DNA of 64,000 nucleotides from a virus: IMG/VR virus record IMGVR_UViG_3300027788_000006, positions 1 to 64,000 of that record; one strand, 5' to 3'. Shown piece by piece: positions 21,322 to 30,800 of this stretch (position 1 is its first letter; each line of letters starts with the position of its first letter). The notes under the pieces were generated by a model. It saw only the letters and a program-made list of their open reading frames with translations, ran no database searches and was not told where the DNA came from. The position numbers and the translations under genes were made by a program.

Positions 21322-23663
21322 TATCTATATATATTGTTATTATTTATTAATCCATTTTGAGGGTCAAACATGAATATATCTATGAATTTTTGATACTCAT
21401 CATGTGTCATCTCTCTTCCCGTTTCCTTATAAAACGCATCGGTCTTACTTTTTACTATTGTCTGTACTTTTTCAATTCCTCCATACATTGTCATTAAAGT
21501 TTCTTTAAAAATTTTCTCTTGCATAACCTCGTCCATAGGATCCAGTTGAGCTACCTTAGTTACAGAGTTAAGAACTGACTGAGCAACTTGAGAGTAGCTA
21601 GCATTAGGAGTATCTTTTAATTGCTCTACTACATTTTCCATTATTGTAAGATTACCTAATCCTAATTCATTAACTACTCCTTCCATAATACCAAATAATG
21701 GAGAATCATTTCCTGGCTTAGCTTCTACAATAGCAGTCTCACCATTAGGTGTTGTAATTACCATTCTTGTTGGTGTGTTATTATGTATACTAGGAGCAAT
21801 AATCTTTTGGAATTTTAAGGGACCATTAACTTTTTTACCATCCTCATCCAGAATATACCTATCATAAGAGTCACTACCTTCTGGGGCCCCTAAGATACGG
21901 AAGTTATCCATAGTAACATTATGTCTCGACATAATATTATTTACTTTAGTAGAAGCTGCGTTCCCTTCTTTACTGAAAGACATAGTGTAAGAATCGCCTT
22001 CATACACATCTCCGTCATAATCATTAAATTTTTCACCTATATTATCTCCGTTTGTTTCTTGATTAGTACTTTCTGCCTGACCGATTTTATAATCATAATA
22101 CTGCTCTGCCAGTAATTTTAATCTAGGTATATCTTTTTCAGTATAATTTGTACCTAAATGTTTATTCATAAAAGATAAATTCTCTACTGTTTTTAATAGC
22201 TTCTTTCTTTCATTTGACTCTGGTCTACCCACATCTCTAATATTACCTTCGTCAAAGAACGCATTTTTAATACCTGTATAAGCTAAGTACCCTAATGCTG
22301 AACCTGCTGCTATTGGCCAAGCTGTTCTAGCTAGTCCTAGACCAGCCCTTTGTATAACCTTTGCTCCTACTTTTTTACCTACGTATTCTAGTCCTTTACC
22401 TGCAGTATACCCACCTACTCCAGTTGATCCAGCATCGATAGCTAATGATCCCCATTCCATATCTTTAGATAAGTAAAAATCTGGTAAAATACGATCGTCT
22501 GTTAAATACTTAACATACGTACCAAAAGCTTTGTCATGTCCTACCGGCTTACCTGGCGTACCGTCTGGCGTAACACCTAATCGTTGATTTCCTGTAGCAG
22601 GGTCTATACCGTTCCACATATCTATCTCATAAGTATTAGCTATTTGAGCTTCTTCTGGAGAAAGCTTTCCGTTCTTAACCATAGACTTTATAGTCCTGTC
22701 GTGTATCTCTTGTAAGTCTTTAGCTCTTGTATAATCCTTATCTTTAAGAGCTTTCATTTGTTTAGTATATAAGTCTAATAATTTGGGAGTGGTCATGTCT
22801 GAATCCAATAATGTATTAATATTAGTAGCAGTATACCCTACTTCTTGGGCAGCTACAGATATTCCTTTATACTTTTGCATTAGAGGTATACTACCTGTAG
22901 AAGTAGGGCTCTTAGCTGTACTGTGTATATACTGATTAGTAAATCCTTTAATCCTTTGTATAATATCTCTTTGAGCCATCATATAACGTTCCTTTTCAGG
23001 GATACTCTGATCATACTCAAGCTCCATTAAACGTCGTAAATCTTGCTGCCCTTCATCACTTTGAGAATAAGTATAATATAAGCCTTTAGCTATACCATCT
23101 GCTTTACCTTTAGTTATCCCAGAGGCATCTGCTTTAATAGTTTTTAAAAGCTTACCCATCTTATCTTCATAATCTAATCTAGTCTCAGCACCTGCTTGGT
23201 AAATATTATTTTCCCATTTACTAGTTCCTTCATTGTAAGTATATGAACTATGCTCAGAAGCCTTAGATTTTCCAAAATCTAAAACTTTCTTTCCTTCCAT
23301 TGTTTGCTGCTTTATAAACTCTAGCTCAGCTCGTCTATTCTCCATAGATTTCTTAGCCGCTAATAGACCATCATCAGTTTGAACTTGCGTTATAGCTTCG
23401 TCAACTGTGTGCCCCGCATCTTCCCAGTTACCTGTACGTGCAATTTCTTTAAGTTGATCTTGTACACTATATTTAACTCTATCTATCAGATGTTGATCTC
23501 CTTCTAAAGCTTCCATAGATCCTAGACTCTGTTCTATTAGATCTTTTTTAGCTTTATTTTTATCATATCTTTCCGATAATATACCACTAATCTCTTTAAC
23601 ACCTGTATCTACATAGGTGTTCATAAAAGGTTTAAGTTCGTATTTACTATATTTATTAGCCAT
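21321..23663 (-). CDS. Putative virion cargo protein
   Basis: 780 aa with a central Gly/Ala hydrophobic segment (AWPIAAGSALGYLAY); position in the cargo cluster. Confidence 0.65.
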   Translation of the reverse strand: MANKYSKYELKPFMNTYVDTGVKEISGILSERYDKNKAKKDLIEQSLGSMEALEGDQHLIDRVKYSVQDQLKEIARTGNWEDAGHTVDEAITQVQTDDGLLAAKKSMENRRAELEFIKQQTMEGKKVLDFGKSKASEHSSYTYNEGTSKWENNIYQAGAETRLDYEDKMGKLLKTIKADASGITKGKADGIAKGLYYTYSQSDEGQQDLRRLMELEYDQSIPEKERYMMAQRDIIQRIKGFTNQYIHSTAKSPTSTGSIPLMQKYKGISVAAQEVGYTATNINTLLDSDMTTPKLLDLYTKQMKALKDKDYTRAKDLQEIHDRTIKSMVKNGKLSPEEAQIANTYEIDMWNGIDPATGNQRLGVTPDGTPGKPVGHDKAFGTYVKYLTDDRILPDFYLSKDMEWGSLAIDAGSTGVGGYTAGKGLEYVGKKVGAKVIQRAGLGLARTAWPIAAGSALGYLAYTGIKNAFFDEGNIRDVGRPESNERKKLLKTVENLSFMNKHLGTNYTEKDIPRLKLLAEQYYDYKIGQAESTNQETNGDNIGEKFNDYDGDVYEGDSYTMSFSKEGNAASTKVNNIMSRHNVTMDNFRILGAPEGSDSYDRYILDEDGKKVNGPLKFQKIIAPSIHNNTPTRMVITTPNGETAIVEAKPGNDSPLFGIMEGVVNELGLGNLTIMENVVEQLKDTPNASYSQVAQSVLNSVTKVAQLDPMDEVMQEKIFKETLMTMYGGIEKVQTIVKSKTDAFYKETGREMTHDEYQKFIDIFMFDPQNGLINNNNIYR

Positions 23664-23667
23664 ATTC

Positions 23668-26226
23668 TTATGTTATATATTTTTTCCATTCTTGAGATCC
23701 TTCTTTAACTCCTTTTTTCTTAAGTAACTCTTTAAGGTGCCCTTCAGCATTATCATAAGAAGTACTTTTACTAGTAGTAGTCTCTCCTTGGTATCTTTCT
23801 AGGGCGTCTCTATTACCATCCATTACATGTGCTATTTCTAAATCTGTTTTATTTTTATTTCTAGACATTTGCATTTCCATAGCACCGCCTACCATAGTAT
23901 CTAATGCTTGTAGTTTTCTATCAAAAGTAGCAGCATCTGCCCCTTTATTAAACTCATCTACATACATATTATTTTTAGTGTTATCTTGATCTGCTTGTAG
24001 CTGAGCTTTAAGATTAGTAGTAGAAGCTTCTAAAGCTTTACCTTGATTAGTAGCGTCTGCATTTAATTTATTAGCTACATTCTTACCTTCAATATCCACA
24101 TTAGCTTTAGTTTCTTGAGCATTGATAGCCATTCTCTTTTTAAATTTCGAACTCTGATTAGCCATCTTATTAGACATGTTACTCATACCACCTCCACTAG
24201 TCTCTACAAATCTGTCGAAGTTAGCAGCATCCATATCTAAGGCAGCTCTTTCAGGGTTAAAGTTTTGCATTCCTATTTTATCAGCTTTAATTCTTTCAGC
24301 TCTAATTGTAGGAGGCACTATAACATCTGGGTTTGCCATATAGTCTGGTTTATCTGTCATAGCTACAGCTGCTGGTAAGAATTGTAGCATAGATAAATCT
24401 ACACCATCTCCCCATCTTTTTCTACCAGTTTTTGAAGTCTCAGTTATATTTTTCTCATCAACTATTTCTTTGTCAGTATTTGTTTCCTTTTCAGTTGGTT
24501 TCGCTGTTTTTCCCATTGATGTCTTACTCCAAGTAAACTCTCCCATCTTACCATCTATTCCAGTACTACCATCACCGTGAAATCCAGATTGTTTCATATA
24601 ATCCTCTTTGCTAATACCTTGCTCTTTTAATTTTGACTGTAACTCTTCATCACCGTCAAATGTTGAGGATAAATTATCATTAAATTTCTCTTGAAATTGT
24701 TGAGTATGTTTCTCAGGATTAAACTCTTCCGGAGAATTTATATTCATAGATTTCATAAGATCTGCATTTCTATTGTAGAAATCATTCATATTTGATTCTC
24801 CTACTTCTCCAAAATATCCTTTACCTGATCCTTGCTGTGTATTTGCTATACCTTCATCTCCTAAATCATTTGCTCTATAAGAACCCTCTTCACCTCCTCC
24901 TGTATATCCGGCCTCAGTTGCAGCCTCAGTTACTTTACTATAGTTCTCTCCATATGCATTAAATCTATCATTAGATTTATCATTAGATTTATTAGGGCTT
25001 GAGTCTTTTGCTTTTTCTACAGGGGCCGTATTATTAACAGGACCATCTTTATGAGCTACAAATGGATCTCTATCAATCATATTTGGAACACCGTCTCCAT
25101 CTAAATCATTATCAGTCTTATCAGGAGTTCCATCTCCGTCCGTATCTATAGAGTCATCTGTCTGCCATTTAAACTTTCCTCCTTCTTTGTATTTCATAAA
25201 TCCTCCACCTTTAGCAACTACTTCAGGGTTTCTACCTGCTATGATTTCTTGCTCTCTAGCTAAAGCATCTTTTGCCTGTTGGCTATCTCCATTTTTAACT
25301 ATATCTTTATGCCACTCTGCTATTGGTATACCCCCTTTCTTAAGATGGCTAGAAAAAAAGTAATCTTTTTTAACTCCCCCCTTTTTCATAGTTATCTCAT
25401 CTTGAGTTTCTCCATTTTCTACTTCTGCATTATCAACTATAATACCACTATTCTGGCCGTTACTCTGTTCATGGCTTTGACCTGAATACTCTATAGCACT
25501 AGAACCTTCTGTTATAGGAGAGGCCATACCTCCTGATAAATGTACATTTTTACCTTTAGACACCGCAGATTTAACAGAGTTCATAGAGTTAGATACTCCT
25601 CCCTCTTCATAACGTCTTGCCGCATCACTATTAACTTCAGGGTTAGCTTCAATATAGTCCTGCTTCTTTTTATCTTGTTTTACTGTTACATAATCTTTAT
25701 ACCCTTCATTTGCCGCAGCTGCTAATGCAGAACCTGCCAGCCACCACTTTCCAGATCCATCCCATAGCTTTTCTTTAAGGTAACCTGGGGTTTTCTTAAC
25801 GGTATTTGTTACAGCTCCTGGCACACCTTTTATTTTCTCTTTTATGGTTTTCTTAGCTACTTCTTTTTTTGTTTTGTTAACTACTGCCTTCTTAATTTTT
25901 TTAGTAACTGCAGGTACTACTCCCTTCTTAATAACTGCAGGTAACAGTAGACCAGTTGCTAATTTTGTAGCCGCAACTCCTTGACCAAAACCCGGTATCA
26001 TAGTTGTAGCATTAACACCTGTATTAATAGCATGTTTGTTTGCAGCTTCATCGTCTCCTATCACTTTGTTATAACCAGCTCTTACAGCTGATATACCAGT
26101 ATTCAGAGCATCTGGTATTACACCCCAAGCTGGAGTCATACCCCCAACTGTTAAACCAGTTTGAATTTTGTCCCACCAGCCAGTTGGACCTCCCGTTTTA
26201 TATGCGTGTAGTTTTCTTTTTGCCAT
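23668..26226 (-). CDS. Putative virion cargo protein (PT-TG-like N-terminus, DxDGDG Ca-binding repeats, possible PG-binding motif)
   Basis: 852 aa. GMTPAWGVIPDALN...MIPGFG; G.SHE...GI...AEVENGE motif resembling crAss-like cargo proteins; DTDGDGTPD/DLDGDGVP; IDGKMGEFT. Confidence 0.65.
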   Translation of the reverse strand: MAKRKLHAYKTGGPTGWWDKIQTGLTVGGMTPAWGVIPDALNTGISAVRAGYNKVIGDDEAANKHAINTGVNATTMIPGFGQGVAATKLATGLLLPAVIKKGVVPAVTKKIKKAVVNKTKKEVAKKTIKEKIKGVPGAVTNTVKKTPGYLKEKLWDGSGKWWLAGSALAAAANEGYKDYVTVKQDKKKQDYIEANPEVNSDAARRYEEGGVSNSMNSVKSAVSKGKNVHLSGGMASPITEGSSAIEYSGQSHEQSNGQNSGIIVDNAEVENGETQDEITMKKGGVKKDYFFSSHLKKGGIPIAEWHKDIVKNGDSQQAKDALAREQEIIAGRNPEVVAKGGGFMKYKEGGKFKWQTDDSIDTDGDGTPDKTDNDLDGDGVPNMIDRDPFVAHKDGPVNNTAPVEKAKDSSPNKSNDKSNDRFNAYGENYSKVTEAATEAGYTGGGEEGSYRANDLGDEGIANTQQGSGKGYFGEVGESNMNDFYNRNADLMKSMNINSPEEFNPEKHTQQFQEKFNDNLSSTFDGDEELQSKLKEQGISKEDYMKQSGFHGDGSTGIDGKMGEFTWSKTSMGKTAKPTEKETNTDKEIVDEKNITETSKTGRKRWGDGVDLSMLQFLPAAVAMTDKPDYMANPDVIVPPTIRAERIKADKIGMQNFNPERAALDMDAANFDRFVETSGGGMSNMSNKMANQSSKFKKRMAINAQETKANVDIEGKNVANKLNADATNQGKALEASTTNLKAQLQADQDNTKNNMYVDEFNKGADAATFDRKLQALDTMVGGAMEMQMSRNKNKTDLEIAHVMDGNRDALERYQGETTTSKSTSYDNAEGHLKELLKKKGVKEGSQEWKKYIT

Positions 26227-26227
26227 A

Positions 26228-26449
26228 TTATTTATGTGTGCAACCGCCTAGTTTAGCAATATCTTTTTCTAACTCTACTATACGATCTTCGTTTTCATTA
26301 ATTATTTTAATCTTCTTTTCTAACCTCCCTTCTAATACAACTAAGTCTATTCCAAGTTGATTTATCTGACTGTATGCAATACCCATAGTAAATATTATGC
26401 CCATAATCCAAATTATGTTCCCTATATTTAAAGTAAAGTCTTTCATCAC
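26228..26449 (-). CDS. Small membrane protein with coiled coil
   Basis: 73 aa, N-terminal TM helix then heptads; ATGA overlap with the upstream gene. Confidence 0.65.
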   Translation of the reverse strand: MMKDFTLNIGNIIWIMGIIFTMGIAYSQINQLGIDLVVLEGRLEKKIKIINENEDRIVELEKDIAKLGGCTHK

Positions 26450-27825
26450 GAGGCACGTTTTATATACCCTCCATTTCCATAACTAGGCATTCTATTAAAT
26501 CCTCCTTTTCTAGCAGATACATTATTTCCTAAATCGTACCCAGAATAAGTCTTAGCTTTCATTTCCGCTGCGTTAGTCCTAGCCATTTGGCCTACAAAAG
26601 ATTTAGTAGTTTTTGTATTTGTTTCAGTAGCTTTTACTTGTGCTTTTGCTTCTGCAGCTTTCTTTTCTTTTCTAGCTTTCTTTCTATTAGCTAATCCTTG
26701 CCATGTAGCTACACCGGCTCCTATAACACCTCCTACAACTGCTCCAACTGCATTACCTATTACAGGAACAGCTGATCCTACCATAGCCCCATAACCAGCA
26801 TAAGATCCTGCTTTAGCAAGTATATCTCCAGTAGCTTCCCCTGCATTCCAAGTAGTAGCGTCACCATCATCAGAGCCCATACTAATTGCAGTACCTGCTA
26901 TGTTAGCAGCTGTTGCATATGGATTAGGATTAAAAGTACTACCAGCAGCTGCCTTCACTCCTTCTTTTCCTCCAGCCTCAAGTAGTTTTTGAGCCGCTAG
27001 ATCTGCAGCTTTCTTTGTTGCTTCCTTCCCAACTTTATCAACTACTAAATCTTTACCTTTATCGATAGCAAGATCCTTTGCCTTATCAATTACTATATCC
27101 TTACCTTTATTTAAAGCAGCATCTTTAGCTTTATCGATTATTATATCTTTACCTTGATCTAACGCAAACTTACTAGCTTGATCTGCTCCAAATCCAGCTG
27201 TATAATCCATAGCTTTATTTTGAGCTTGATCAACAAGAACCTCTTGTCCTTTATGAGTAGCCGCGTCAGCTAATGCCTTACTAACTCCTTCATTTGCTTT
27301 TTGTCTAGCAACATTTCCAAACCCTTCTCCTGCAATAGATTCAGCAGCTTTCCTCTCTGCTTCTTTCATAGCCTTTCTTCTAAAGACTTTCATACCAGCT
27401 GTTTTAATACCTTGCTTAGCGTCCAGTGCTTTATCTTTTATATTACCAAGTACATCAGTACTTTTACCACCGTCTGTTAAAGTGTCTATACCTTTACCCA
27501 CAGTACCATCTAAAGACTGTGCTTTAGCTTTTCTAGAGGCAGCATCTTCTTCAACTGCAGCTAAATCTTGCTCCTTTTGATTAGAAATATCTGATGCGAT
27601 AGAATTAGCATTTGATGCTAGAGTCTCATTATTTTTTAATTTAGCATTTTTAGCAGCTTCTAATATTTGTGGATTAGCTTCCTCATACACTATAGACTCA
27701 GTAGATCCTGCAGCACCTTGAGCAGCGGATCCTACAGTATTATTTTCGTACATTCCTCCAGGTGCATATTTTTTAGGCTTTCTAACTGCGTATTTTGATT
27801 TATATTTTGATTTAATTTTTTTCAT
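26446..27825 (-). CDS. Putative cargo protein with glycine zipper (membrane-channel-forming ejection protein)
   Basis: 459 aa, directly after the muzzle gene. GAMVGSAVPVIGNAVGAVVGGVIGAGVA glycine zipper; Ala/Lys-rich. Confidence 0.65.
   Translation of the reverse strand: MKKIKSKYKSKYAVRKPKKYAPGGMYENNTVGSAAQGAAGSTESIVYEEANPQILEAAKNAKLKNNETLASNANSIASDISNQKEQDLAAVEEDAASRKAKAQSLDGTVGKGIDTLTDGGKSTDVLGNIKDKALDAKQGIKTAGMKVFRRKAMKEAERKAAESIAGEGFGNVARQKANEGVSKALADAATHKGQEVLVDQAQNKAMDYTAGFGADQASKFALDQGKDIIIDKAKDAALNKGKDIVIDKAKDLAIDKGKDLVVDKVGKEATKKAADLAAQKLLEAGGKEGVKAAAGSTFNPNPYATAANIAGTAISMGSDDGDATTWNAGEATGDILAKAGSYAGYGAMVGSAVPVIGNAVGAVVGGVIGAGVATWQGLANRKKARKEKKAAEAKAQVKATETNTKTTKSFVGQMARTNAAEMKAKTYSGYDLGNNVSARKGGFNRMPSYGNGGYIKRAS
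27034..27160 (-). repeat. 8-aa tandem repeat D-K-(G/A)-K-D-x-h-h, about 5.5 copies, in the 459-aa protein
   Basis: DQGKDIII DKAKDAAL NKGKDIVI DKAKDLAI DKGKDLVV DKV. Confidence 0.8.
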
Positions 27826-30800
27826 TATCGTGTCATTATTCTAGACTCCACAGTGGTAGAGTACAAATTTAGTAAATTATTTGAAACATTGTCATAAATT
27901 AAACGAATTCCTATCCATTTATCTATGAATTTCTTTTGCGTACTCCAGTTTTTAGTTAGATCTATATACACTGGGTTAGGATATTTTATAACTCCTGTGT
28001 ATAAAAACATAGGATTTGTAGTAGATGTTGTTATAGTTCCTACATTTAACGTGCCTATAGTATTAGTGTTTGTAGAAACATAATAAGCTGATGTATCTAT
28101 AGCTATTGCAGCCATATCTCTAAACCTATTAATTTTCCAATTGTTACCTATTTTTCTAGTATTAACTAAATATTCTAAAGGAGTAGTATGTAAACCACTT
28201 ATCTGTAATGTATTGTATAAGAAGTAAGAAGTAAAACCATGCTCTAATACTCTGATGCCCGCTGCATTGTATACATCGAGAGTATATGCAATGCTAGAAG
28301 TTAAAGTTGTTACATTTCTTAATTCATTATGTATATATTCTATTTCAAAAGGCTTATAATCTGCTACAAAGTGTTCTAGTGAAGTAAGCGGAGTATCGTG
28401 TATTGACACAGACGCAGGATCCTCTTGGTATATAAGACCTCTTCTATTAGAGTTATGCTCCCAGATTGTCCCGTTTCCTAACTCAGAACCTACCAACGCG
28501 CTAATACTACCTGCAGTAAGTAGACCATCTACTATTGGGTATTGATCCGTAAGAGAATAGAAATTAGTAGAAGTATTAAAATATATATATGGTACATAAC
28601 TATGCAAACTAACCCAAATATTTAATTCAGGATAATATGATATAGTCCACCCCGCAACTGCAAAGTAATTATGGTTATCCCAAGCTATTGCAGTTGTAAG
28701 ATACATACCACCTCCTTGATGATCATGATAATAAAACCGTTTATTAGTGGTATTAAATGTAATATAATCTGCACCCACAACATTACTTAGTCCATTAGCA
28801 AATAAGTTTTGTCCTGATTGAGTAAGAATGTATTCTCGTTTAGTTAATATTATTCTTCTATGCTTAGGGTCCCATACAGAATGCAGTCCAAATCCATCTA
28901 TAGGATTATCAAAGTCTTTAGATTTCCATCCGTAATCTTCAAGTTGAAAGTGTAAGTTTTTACGGAACCACTTCTTCATACCTAAATCACTTAATTCTGT
29001 AAGTTTATCTTTCATTAGAAATACTTTCTTTGAATCTACATCTACAAAAAAGTGGCCAAATCTAGTTGTTAATACAGACCACTGAGATGTACACCCACCA
29101 TACCCATCATCTGTAAGAACTATTTCTGAAGGCTCTTGCTTGAAAATATCTCCACTTCCTACGTAAGCTTCAGACCCATCTTTCATTTCCATAGTTTGTT
29201 TACCTTGAGTTTTTAATAAACTCTCTTCCATATGAAAATATAATAAGTTATTGAACGAAGCCAATTTCCATAAATCTCCTCTATTTTTAGGTAAGTCTTT
29301 AAACTGATTAGATAAGAAAACTCTATAGTTATCTATTAAACTACTAGTATCATTCTTAGCTGATCTGTGCACTCTAGTAGGAAAATCTAATTGTTTTGTT
29401 TCACTAAGAGGTAAAGGAAAAGCTACACGTATATCATTTTGCTCTGAATAATTTTTATTATATTTAATATTTTCTTGGTCTGTAAAATCAATTTGTCCTG
29501 CTAATCTTAATAAATCCTTAGCTGGTGTAGCCGGGAAGTATAAACTGTTGTCAGATTCTATATGTCTAAAGTTTATATTATCTGTAGACTCCACTATATG
29601 GTAATGTATTGCTTTTCTAGGGCGTGAGTCTGAAGTAATATCACTCTGAGTTAATGAAGTAACTACTCCGTATCTACATAAATATGTATCACCTCCAAAT
29701 ATACCTGTATCAATATCAGGTAAATTTTGCCAATTACTTCCTTGCAGAGTTGTTATACGATAATCTGCAGTCTCTCCGTTATGCGTATTTGTAAGAGGCT
29801 GGTTTGTTGATTCTGTAAAAATAAAGTTATCTAGATCGTCTCCTAAGACTTCAAAGCCTGTCCATATTAATTCTTGCGAATCTATAGATTTATAAACATC
29901 TGTTTTAAAAGCTTCTAAGTTAAATATATGATAAGTACTTCTAGTTCCTACTGGCCCTCCCCCTGCATTATTGGATGCATTGATCAGTAAAGGAGGTGCT
30001 ATACTAGAATTAAAACCCCAAACTCCCCAATTATTTACTGCGGTAGCTGTGGTAGGGAATCCACTACAAGACGTTAGAGGAGCATACCCACCACAAGAAG
30101 CATCTGCTGCAGTACAAAATGGTGTAAAACTACCCATAGTATACATAGGAGTATTTAAACAATTTCCATACCCTGCAGCGTTTAGCGCACCTTGAGGATC
30201 TATACCGTGGTTATCTTTTAATTTAAATGCAATAGAACTTTCTCCAAAAAGATTTACTAACTTACCTCCAAACCCTAAAGACTTACCATTAAAGATACTA
30301 TCACCTTTTAAGTAAGTTTTGGCCTTCTGTCCTAGTAGTCTAGGGAATCTATAAGTTGCATTAGAACTACCAGAAGTCATAGCTCTATAGCCTGTTCTGT
30401 AGTACATTCCTATGTGTATAGATGAGTTTATTTTCTGAGCATAACAATTCTTAGCAGCATCCCAGCCCCATTCTTCTCTAGGCATTAATATTTCTGGATT
30501 AGTATTTTTGTCTTTTACTAATTTAGTATTCATTCTCTTATCCTGATCCAATGAAGGTCCATTCCAAACTAAATTTTTAACTTGATATTGATGAGATATA
30601 TGAGTAGCTCCAGCTAGACTATTCTTTGTTCTTAATAAATAAAAGTCATGGAAACTAAAAGCCATCATTGAATAGTTATGATTAACACCATTTGATGTAG
30701 ACGTATGAGTGTATAATAGACCATCATTATCTTTTAACTGCTGATAAACCTCACCAAAACTCCAAGTGCTTCCTGCCCAAGGCATTACTGAATAAAATGA

